Below, piece by piece: positions 57,284-64,000 of a stretch of DNA of 64,000 nucleotides (the first letter of the stretch is position 1; each line of letters begins with the position of its first letter). The notes beneath the pieces are model-generated. The model was not told where the DNA came from, ran no database searches, and saw nothing but the letters and a program-made list of their open reading frames with translations. Origin of the DNA: an uncultured Roseivirgaceae bacterium (lineage in GTDB: Bacteria > Bacteroidota > Bacteroidia > Cytophagales > Cyclobacteriaceae); the NCBI GenBank assembly GCA_964551035.1, contig CAZKBK010000009.1, positions 8,662 to 72,661 on the forward strand, in the 5' to 3' direction. The position numbers and the translations under genes were made by a program.

Positions 57284-57877
57284 ATGACCAGCCCCTCCGA
57301 AAAATTCTACGACCGGTTCACGTGGGTGTATCCTTTTGTTGACTTTTTCCTGAAACCTCAGAAACATAAATTCTTCAGCAAAATCAACGAATGGCCCGGC
57401 GGACGCCTCCTCGAAATCGGTGTCGGCGACGGGGCTCACTTCAAATACTACAACACCCATGAAGTCGTGGGCGTAGACACCTCCACGCGCATGCTGGCGC
57501 GGGCGCGCAAACATCAGAAAAACAACATCCAACTGTTCCAAATGAATGGAGAAGCGCTCCTGTTCCCAGACGCGTCGTTCGACTACGTCGCGCTGGCGCA
57601 TGTCCTCGCCGTGGTTGAGCATCCCGAGACGCTACTCGAAGAAGTGCACCGGGTGCTAAAACCCAACGGAAAAGTCTTTGTGCTCAACCATTTCACTCCC
57701 GACAATTGGCTGAAGTATGTGGACCGGGGCCTGGAAAGGAGTGCCAGGCTGTTCCACCTCAAATCCGTGTTTCACTTATCCCATCTGAAAACCTTGCAAA
57801 AGTTCAGGTTGCTGGATGAGTTCAGCGCAGGAATGTTCTCCTATTTCAAAATCGTGATCCATGAGAAGAAGGTATAG
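57284..57877 (+). CDS. Class I SAM-dependent methyltransferase
   Basis: Motif I LLEIGVGDGAHF; post-I VVGVDTSTRMLARARK; motif III-like VLKPNGKVFVLNH. Confidence 0.85.
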   Translation: MTSPSEKFYDRFTWVYPFVDFFLKPQKHKFFSKINEWPGGRLLEIGVGDGAHFKYYNTHEVVGVDTSTRMLARARKHQKNNIQLFQMNGEALLFPDASFDYVALAHVLAVVEHPETLLEEVHRVLKPNGKVFVLNHFTPDNWLKYVDRGLERSARLFHLKSVFHLSHLKTLQKFRLLDEFSAGMFSYFKIVIHEKKV

Positions 57878-58361
57878 TATTGCAGTCGCATTATTGATCG
57901 CTTTGTTCATTTACCTGTTCTATCGTTCCGAGAAGACCGTCGTGAACGAATTGGCCATTCTGCTGCTGTCGATGGACACGTACGCGGCAATAAAAAGCGG
58001 CATCGTTGAAATGATACCGCTGAACGAGCTAGCAATATTTTCACTACCCGGTGGCTTGTGGGTTTTTTGCGCAACGGCACTTTCAAGAGATTTTTATGTC
58101 AGGGTCAGGGATCACAAGATACAGGTCGTCCTGGTACCGGTTCTTTTTGCGACAGGCCTGGAATTTTGCCAGCTCATGCACCTCACCAATGGCAGATTTG
58201 ACTTTGGCGATATTGCATTCTACCTGCTGTTTTGGTTACTTGCCTACCGTGCATTTCACGCCCCCGATGCGCAACAACAAACATTGTCCCCCTTCACACT
58301 TCACGGCTTTATCTGCCTGGCATGTTTTCTTTCCGTTTACCTGGCGCACGTGAGTGAATAG
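57861..58361 (+). CDS. Hypothetical 4-TM membrane protein
   Basis: 166 aa. It overlaps the methyltransferase gene by 17 nt. Hydrophobic helices include IAVALLIALFIYLF, GGLWVFCATAL, VLVPVLFATGLEFCQL and IAFYLLFWLLAY. Confidence 0.5.
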   Translation: MRRRYSIAVALLIALFIYLFYRSEKTVVNELAILLLSMDTYAAIKSGIVEMIPLNELAIFSLPGGLWVFCATALSRDFYVRVRDHKIQVVLVPVLFATGLEFCQLMHLTNGRFDFGDIAFYLLFWLLAYRAFHAPDAQQQTLSPFTLHGFICLACFLSVYLAHVSE

Positions 58362-58413
58362 GGTGCGACGAAGAACAAAGTTATTGGACGATATCAACCT
58401 AAGCGCCTGACCC

Positions 58414-58764
58414 ATGATCAAGAGACACCTGACCAGCTACCGTTATGCTTTCAACGGAATAAGGCTGGCGTTCCGGCAAGAACTGAATATGAGCCTGCAC
58501 CTGATCGCCGCGATTGCCGTGCTTGTCGCAAACTATCTGCTCGACGTCAGCCGGACAGAGTGGCTGATTACAATAGCCTTGGTTGGTGTGGTATGGACGG
58601 CGGAGCTTTTCAACACGGCCATCGAAAAATTGGCGGACCGCGTTACCACTGAACGCGATCCCCTGATAGGCCAGGTGAAGGATTTGGCCGCCGGGGCCGT
58701 CCTGGTTATGTGCATCGCCGCAGCGATATGCGGCGTGGTCATTTATGGGCCTTACCTGTTTTGA
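58414..58764 (+). CDS. dgkA: Diacylglycerol kinase (prokaryotic DgkA family)
   Basis: 116 aa, 3 TM helices. YAFNGIRLAFRQELNMSLHL and WTAELFNTAIEKLADRV are the conserved DgkA core. Confidence 0.9.
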   Translation: MIKRHLTSYRYAFNGIRLAFRQELNMSLHLIAAIAVLVANYLLDVSRTEWLITIALVGVVWTAELFNTAIEKLADRVTTERDPLIGQVKDLAAGAVLVMCIAAAICGVVIYGPYLF

Positions 58765-58777
58765 GAGAACAGTCCCC

Positions 58778-59353
58778 TCATACCCTCAGAGAGCCGCGAA
58801 ATCCGCGGGCGGCATAGTACGATTCCGCGCCGTTGTGATAGACGAAGACGTGGTCGTAGCGGCGGTCACAAAAAAGCGCGCCGCCGCGTTGCCGGATTTC
58901 CGATGGCGTCACGATCCAACTCGAGGTCTTCAGGTCGAAATTTCCAAGTGTCTGCAGCTCGCGATACTGCGCCTCCGTCAACAGCGCAATCCCCATCTCC
59001 TCCGCCATCGCCACGGCGCTGTTTTTCGGTTTGTGCTCTTTACGGGACTTGAGCGCCTCGTGATCGTAACAAATGCTCCTGCGGCCATTGGGGCTTTCGG
59101 GCGAACAATCGTAAAAAACGTATTCGCCCGTCTTCTTGTCATAACCGACCACGTCCGGCTCGCCGCCTGTGCTTTCCATTTCGTTGAGCGACCACAACTT
59201 CGCCTTGCTGGCCATCAGCTTCGACTGCACTTCACCCCACGCCACACCCTTGTGCCGGTTCTTGTTCTTTTCAAAACGGGTCTTTAGCTTATCCAGAAGC
59301 TCTTCACGCTGTGCCGACGACAGCTCTTTTTTTGATGTCGTTTTCTTTGCCAT
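58778..59353 (-). CDS. DUF4256-domain protein
   Basis: 191 aa. KNKNRHKGVAWGEVQSKL, LNEMESTGGEPDVVGYD and FYDCSPESPNGRRSICYD match my recollection of DUF4256. Confidence 0.7.
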   Translation of the reverse strand: MAKKTTSKKELSSAQREELLDKLKTRFEKNKNRHKGVAWGEVQSKLMASKAKLWSLNEMESTGGEPDVVGYDKKTGEYVFYDCSPESPNGRRSICYDHEALKSRKEHKPKNSAVAMAEEMGIALLTEAQYRELQTLGNFDLKTSSWIVTPSEIRQRGGALFCDRRYDHVFVYHNGAESYYAARGFRGSLRV

Positions 59354-59367
59354 AATTAAAGTTTATT

Positions 59368-60635
59368 GTCTCTACAATATTATCCGACTCTTTCCATCGT
59401 ACCTCGTACCTTGATCAACCCTTCAACCATCCACAACGCCCAACCTTCAACTCAACCCCGCTCCTCTCATTCGTAATTCGTCATTCGTAACTCGTCATTC
59501 GGTCCACGCGTGTGCATTGCGTGCCATGAACGATGATCGCCGGCATCGTCAATTGTCTGTGGCACGCGTGACCGCGGTGGTAGGTTGCCTTGTGCTACCA
59601 ACACATCGCCCTTACAGGGCAACGCCACCGGCCAGGGTGTTGTCTCTACAATATTACCTCACACTTTCCATCGTACCTCGTACCTCCCTCCTCGTACCTT
59701 GATCAACCCCGCAACCATCCACAACGCCCAACCTCCAATTCAGCCCCTCCATTCGTCATTCGTCATTCGTAACTCGTCATTCGGTCCTCGCGTGTGCATG
59801 GCGTGCCATGAGCGATGATCGCCGGCATCGTCAATTATCCGTGGCACGCGTGACCACGGTGGTAGGTTGCCTTGTGCTACCAACACATCGCCCCTACAGG
59901 GCGACGCCACCGGCCAGGGTGTTGTCTCTACAATATTACCTCACACTTTCCATCGTACCTCGTACCTCCCTCCTCGTACCTCGATACGCCCTTCAACATC
60001 CATAAAGCTCACTCTCCAATTCAACCCCGCTCCATCCATTCGCAATTCGTCATTCGTAACTCGTAATTTGGTCCAGGCGTGTGCATGGCGTGCCATGAAC
60101 GATGATCGCCTGCATCATCAATTACCTGTGGCACGCGTGACCACGGTGGCAGGTTGCCTTGTGCTACCAACACATCGCCCTTACAGGGCGACGCCACCGG
60201 CCAGGGTGTTGTCTCTACAATATTATCCGAATCTTTCCATCGTACCTCGTACCTCCCTCCTCGTACCTTGATCAACCCTTCAACCATCCACAACGCCCAG
60301 CCTTCAACTCAACCCCGCTCCTCTCATTCGTAATTCGTAACTCGTCATTCGGTCCACGCGTGTGCTTTGCGTGCCATGAGCGATGATCGCCTGCATCATC
60401 AATTACCTGTGGCACGCGTGACCACGGTGGTAGGTTGCCTTGTGCTACCAACACATCGCCCCTACAGGGCGACGCCACCGGCCAGGGTGTTGTCTCTACA
60501 ATATTACCTCACACTTTCCATCGTACCTCGTACCTCCCTCCTCGTACCTTGATCAACCCTGCAACCATCCACAACGCTCAACCTTCAATTCAACCCCGCT
60601 CCTCCCATTCGTCATTCGTAACTCGTCATTCGTCA
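59368..60635. repeat. Tandem array of 4.5 copies of a 274-287 bp structured unit
   Basis: The unit landmark GTCTCTACAATATTA occurs at 59368, 59642, 59924, 60211 and 60492. Each unit has a CCTCGTA heptamer tract, a CA-rich spacer, an (A/C)ATTCGT heptamer tract and a ~140-bp GC-rich core with nested inverted repeats. Copies are roughly 90% identical by eye. Confidence 0.9.
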
Positions 60636-61204
60636 ATGCCTTTCCCGTCCAAAATCTGCCTCACATATTTCTCCACCCTCGCCTCCCGTGTTTTCGCCTG
60701 CTTCGCCGAAGAGAAGTGAAATAAGTATGCCCGCTGACGGCCCGGCGTTAGCGCATAAAAGGCCGTTCGCAACGCTGGCATTTTTTTCAGCTTGTTTTGA
60801 AATTCTTCGGGGATCTTGAATTCAGAAGTCTTTTTGAAATTGACCTTTAACCCCGATTCCTCCACTTCAACGGCCTCGTAAATATACTTCTTCAGCACAC
60901 GTTTCAGCTTCACAACCTCACCGACACTCGTGAACCGCACCTGCCGCGCCGACTGCACGTTCTCCGTCTGCTGGATCAGGATCTTCCCGGGGTCCTTTAA
61001 TAACGCTCCCTTGAAGAAGAGCAGCGCACAGTATTCTTTGAACCCGTGCATCAACACGATATTCTTTTTTTCAAACGTGTAACAAGGCTGTCCCCACTTC
61101 AATTCCTCCACCAGGTCACAACCAAGGACGATCGTACGCAATTCCGCAAAGGCTTCCTGCCACTTCCCGGTCTTATCAAAAAACCAATCGACTTTGGGGT
61201 TCAT
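60626..61204 (-). CDS. YdeI/OmpD-associated-family protein (DUF1801 plus YdeI domains)
   Basis: Start at the ATG at 61204 (MNPKVDWFFDKTGKWQEAFAELRTIVL), overlapping the upstream stop (ATGA). The C-terminus is TPGRQRAYLFHFSSAKQAKTREARVEKYVRQIL. Confidence 0.8.
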   Translation of the reverse strand: MNPKVDWFFDKTGKWQEAFAELRTIVLGCDLVEELKWGQPCYTFEKKNIVLMHGFKEYCALLFFKGALLKDPGKILIQQTENVQSARQVRFTSVGEVVKLKRVLKKYIYEAVEVEESGLKVNFKKTSEFKIPEEFQNKLKKMPALRTAFYALTPGRQRAYLFHFSSAKQAKTREARVEKYVRQILDGKGIDE

Positions 61205-61614
61205 GCCTGCGCAAATTTTCCGTCGGCAGCCGAGGGAATCGATGCCGTGACCTTGCGGTCCGAAGGTCTGAAATGCCACGAAATCGCCGTAAGGACCAAT
61301 AAAAGCGTCGGACCAAAAAAGTCAGCGGCTGCGCTTCCACTGAACAGGTGAGAAATGATTGCACCCGACATGTTGAAGAAGAAACCGGCATATGCCCATT
61401 CCTTTATCACAGGAAACCTTGGAACAAGTACCGCGACAACGCCCAGCAGCTTCCAGACACCGATGATGGTCAGAAAATAGACCGGATAACCCAGACCCGT
61501 GATCATGTCTGCCTCCTCCTGCATGTTCATTACCTGGACAATCCCCGTGGATGTCATTCCCAGCGCCAACCAAATTGTGGCGATCCAGTAGATGATCTTG
61601 TTTCGCTTTGTCAT
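61201..61614 (-). CDS. DoxX-family membrane protein
   Basis: 137 aa, 4 TM helices. IIYWIATIWLALGMTSTGIVQV and KEWAYAGFFFNMSGAIISHL. Confidence 0.8.
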   Translation of the reverse strand: MTKRNKIIYWIATIWLALGMTSTGIVQVMNMQEEADMITGLGYPVYFLTIIGVWKLLGVVAVLVPRFPVIKEWAYAGFFFNMSGAIISHLFSGSAAADFFGPTLLLVLTAISWHFRPSDRKVTASIPSAADGKFAQA

Positions 61615-61622
61615 AAACGGTG

Positions 61623-62087
61623 TTATTTAAGTTTGGTAAGAATTTCCTGTATCCGGTTGTGGGCCATGTTGATGCCTTGCGCGAACGGCATTTGCAGCAA
61701 TTGGTCCCTGTCTGCGACGGACCGGAATACCATGTGCATCCTGAGCTTGCTGGTATTGCCAGCAGCCTTCTCAAACTCGAGGAACTCGAGTTGTACGGGG
61801 AACGCGGTGCCCTCCATTTCAAAGGTCCGCGTGATCCGCTCATTGGGAACGAACTCGTGGATTACGCCGTTGAACCGGTGCCTGTTTCCCGTTGGATCCG
61901 TGGTTTCAAACCGATAACCCCCGTGTTGCTTGTTTTCAAGTTTGAGCACCTTTGTTCCCATCCATTGTTCAACGATGTCCGGGTCTGTGTACGCGGTGAA
62001 AAGTAAGTCCACGGGCAAGTCAAATTCCCGGGTGATCACAATTTCCTGCTTGCCGTCTTCGGCATCGACTTTCGTTTTTCGCTCCAT
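61623..62087 (-). CDS. SRPBCC-superfamily protein (AHSA1 / activator of Hsp90 ATPase homolog-like)
   Basis: Start at the ATG at 62087 (MERKTKVDAEDGKQEIVITREFDLPVDLLFTAYTDPDIVEQWMG). It is the usual partner gene of ArsR in Bacteroidota. Confidence 0.85.
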   Translation of the reverse strand: MERKTKVDAEDGKQEIVITREFDLPVDLLFTAYTDPDIVEQWMGTKVLKLENKQHGGYRFETTDPTGNRHRFNGVIHEFVPNERITRTFEMEGTAFPVQLEFLEFEKAAGNTSKLRMHMVFRSVADRDQLLQMPFAQGINMAHNRIQEILTKLK

Positions 62088-62092
62088 GGGCG

Positions 62093-62416
62093 TTATTTTT
62101 TTGATTTGTATTTCTTCATCACGGCTTCCAGTTTGTTGAACCGGTCGTCCCACATTTTGCGGAACGGCGCTATGAACTCGGCGACTTCCTTCATTTTCTT
62201 TGCGTTGATGAGGTAGTAGATCTCCCGGCCGCTTTGCTCCTGTCGAAGCAACTCACACTCGGTAAGGATCTGAATGTGCTTTGAAACGGTCTGCCTCGAT
62301 GATTCGAAATTGTCCGCAATGGCCCCCGGCGTCAGGGCCTGGACGGCAAGCAGCGTCAGAATCGCCCGTCTCGTGGGGTCTGCAATGGCCTGGAATACAT
62401 CTCTCCTCGATTTCAT
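62093..62416 (-). CDS. ArsR/SmtB-family transcriptional regulator
   Basis: [51 protein letters not shown] is a winged HTH. Confidence 0.9.
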   Translation of the reverse strand: MKSRRDVFQAIADPTRRAILTLLAVQALTPGAIADNFESSRQTVSKHIQILTECELLRQEQSGREIYYLINAKKMKEVAEFIAPFRKMWDDRFNKLEAVMKKYKSKK

Positions 62417-62466
62417 TTGCGCAGCTATTTGACTGCAAATATATATGCAGTTATTTAACTGCGCAA
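62417..62466. promoter_or_regulatory. 50-bp nested palindrome abutting the arsR-like start codon; candidate autoregulatory operator
   Basis: TTGCGCAG-c-TATTTGA-CTGCA-aatatatat-GCAGT-TATTTAA-CTGCGCAA. The outer 8-bp arms and inner 5-bp arms are perfect inverted repeats. Confidence 0.5.
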
Positions 62467-63000
62467 GATGTTTTCATTTTTTTTGCGGGTCTGAACGACG
62501 GACAAGGGCTTACCCACTGATCCTTGCGCACAATGAACCTTGTGAAGACTTTGCGTATCCAACATCTTTTTGCCACGGTGCTTGACACACACAATCGGCC
62601 GATGCAGAGGTTCCATGCCGTCACTCAACTTTCGTCATCACGTCTATCGCCTTTCGCTACTAAATAGAGCGCCGCATCCGCGCGGTCTCTATGCGACACA
62701 TTCCTGTAGGCCACGATACTTGATAATGGCATACATTATTACATCACACCCGTCGGGGCAAACCCCTAGGGGTGCGCCACTAGGGGTTTTGCTGATGCCC
62801 GACCGGCGTGAATTAATAATTTTGATTTCACCCCAATTTTGCCGGTCGTCCCGTACGTGCTCGGGTTGCCGCCATAGGCGGAAGTGGAGTTTTTCGAGGA
62901 GCCGTTGTCTCCGACGGACTAACGTAATGTTACCATGAATTATCAAAATACCGGGACAAGCGGATGACTTAGCTTGCGAAGCAATTAAGTACCGACGCAC

Positions 63001-63822
63001 ATGTCACGCTTTCATTTCATCTCCGGTTTACCGCGGTCAGGCTCAACCCTTCTCTCGGGCATCCTGAACCAGAACCCTCAGTTTCACGCCGGCATGAGCA
63101 GTCCGGTGGGATCCCTCATTAACGGTGTACTCGAACAGATCGGCGCGGGCAGTGAATTCTACGACTCCTTTGACGACACAAAGCGAAGGGGCATGTGCAG
63201 GGCGATTTTCGATTCCTACTATCATGATGAGAAAGACAGCAAAGTGGTCTTCGACACCAACAGGATGTGGAATGCCCGGCTTCATCAACTGGTCGAACTC
63301 TTTGACGATTTCAAGGTGATCTGCTGCGTGAGAAATCCCGCCTGGGTGATGGACAGCTTTGAAAAGATCTACAGGAAAAATCCGTTCGATTACAGCCGGA
63401 TGTTTGGCGCCTCGAACCGCCAGACGGTGTATTCCCGGTGTGAGAGCATGATCAATGGTGGCATAGTCGGCGCCGCGTGGACGGCCCTGAAGGAGGCATT
63501 TTATGGCGAGTTCTCCGACAAGCTGCTCCTGGTCGACTACGATCTGCTGGCACAGCATCCTCAGAAAACTATGGAGTTGGTCTACAAATTTATCGGTCTG
63601 CCACTCTTCAGCCATGATTTCGAGAACGTCGAATATTCACGCGATGAGTTTGACCACAACCTGGGCGTGAAAGGCCTTCATACCGTGGCGCGGAAGGTAG
63701 AGTTCAAACCGCGCAGATCGATATTACCACCGGACCTCTTTCAGAAATACAGCGAGATGGCCTTCTGGAGCGACACGTCCGGGTCATCCGCGAGCGTGAT
63801 CGCACCACGGACCAAACCATAA
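63001..63822 (+). CDS. Sulfotransferase-family protein
   Basis: N-terminal PAPS-binding P-loop FISGLPRSGSTLLSGIL, and VICCVRNPAWVMDSF (3'-phosphate-binding region). Confidence 0.8.
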   Translation: MSRFHFISGLPRSGSTLLSGILNQNPQFHAGMSSPVGSLINGVLEQIGAGSEFYDSFDDTKRRGMCRAIFDSYYHDEKDSKVVFDTNRMWNARLHQLVELFDDFKVICCVRNPAWVMDSFEKIYRKNPFDYSRMFGASNRQTVYSRCESMINGGIVGAAWTALKEAFYGEFSDKLLLVDYDLLAQHPQKTMELVYKFIGLPLFSHDFENVEYSRDEFDHNLGVKGLHTVARKVEFKPRRSILPPDLFQKYSEMAFWSDTSGSSASVIAPRTKP

Positions 63823-63851
63823 ATACATAACCGAACCAAAAGCATCACACG

Positions 63852-64000
63852 ATGAACAATCGTATCCTAAGCCGAATGGGCGCCGCATGCCTGCACATGG
63901 CACTCTCTTTGGGAGCTTTGTCAGCCGCCAATGCCAGCGCATCCTATTACCGGACACGCAAGGGAGCGTACGCCGGCTCCCACCAATACCTCACAGACAG
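63852..64000 (+). CDS. 5' end of a secreted protein (runs off the window)
   Basis: The ATG at 63852 gives MNNRILSRMGAACLHMALSLGALSAANASA, which is signal-peptide-like. The frame stays open to the window end. Confidence 0.4.
   Translation, partial: MNNRILSRMGAACLHMALSLGALSAANASASYYRTRKGAYAGSHQYLTD

Noticed and set aside
60140-60200. tRNA-like cloverleaf within the repeat core (GGTGG...CCACC enclosing two hairpins)
   Set aside because: It has only two arms, no T-loop (GTTCRANNC) or D-loop consensus, no 7-bp acceptor stem, and the wrong overall length.
59368-60635. Possible CRISPR array
   Set aside because: The whole ~283-bp unit is repeated, and there are no short conserved repeats separated by unique spacers. 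No cas genes are present in the window.
59517-60724. Families of 60-134 aa ORFs recurring in every repeat unit (for example MRAMNDDRRHRQLSVARVTAVVGCLVLPTHRPYRATPPARVL...), in all three plus-strand frames
   Set aside because: All three frames are open simultaneously because the repeat is poor in stop codons. The peptides are low-complexity (Pro/Arg/Ser/Thr-rich) and have no start context. Differences between units are not biased toward synonymous changes. I treat them as artefacts of the repeat.
1-64000. Mobile genetic element, prophage, genomic island or defence system
   Set aside because: I recognised no integrase, transposase, recombinase, phage structural gene, restriction-modification gene, toxin-antitoxin gene, nuclease-helicase defence gene, or flanking tRNA or direct repeats. 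The gene content is chromosomal metabolic, transport and stress functions.

Overview
This 64-kb window looks like chromosomal DNA from a Bacteroidota genome, probably of the Cytophagia or Chitinophagia type, at roughly 55% GC. Supporting signs are a T9SS C-terminal sorting domain, 800-aa FtsX-type permeases, an HmuY-like heme lipoprotein and the absence of Shine-Dalgarno dependence. I support about 55 coding regions. By eye I found no rRNA, tRNA, CRISPR array, transposase, integrase or phage gene.

Main blocks:
- 1-11 kb: stress and redox housekeeping genes (DJ-1/PfpI-TPR, AraC, C1 peptidase, DinB, pirin, Crp/Fnr), plus two decayed genes (a 5'-truncated adenylate-forming enzyme and a frameshifted, internally deleted RtcB).
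- 11.6-16.6 kb: a roughly 1665-aa T9SS-secreted repeat adhesin.
- 22.0-25.1 kb: a translationally coupled four-gene cassette (membrane-anchored ATP-grasp, YqcI/YcgG, DUF1989, LysE exporter).
- 26.2-28.9 kb: a YtrA/GntR-linked ABC operon with a perfect palindromic operator.
- 29.1-44.7 kb: a composite efflux locus. It encodes an ABC ATPase, an ABC-2 permease fused to an M1-peptidase-like domain that appears catalytically dead, TolC, an MFP adaptor, an RND pump, and a second RND pump fused in frame to an ABC ATPase whose fold is interrupted by a 4-helix membrane insertion. An overlapping ABC-2 permease gene follows.
- 45.6-52.9 kb: a heme-uptake operon (hmuT-U-V-S, TonB-dependent receptor, HmuY-like protein) with twin palindromes upstream.
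- 53-64 kb: small detoxification and regulatory genes, including an ArsR operon.
- 59.37-60.64 kb: a 4.5-copy tandem array of a structured 274-287 bp unit. It is related to heptamer-tract and hairpin elements elsewhere in the window.

The RND-ABC fusion locus is my top candidate for something undescribed. All family calls rest on motif recognition by eye. No database search was run.
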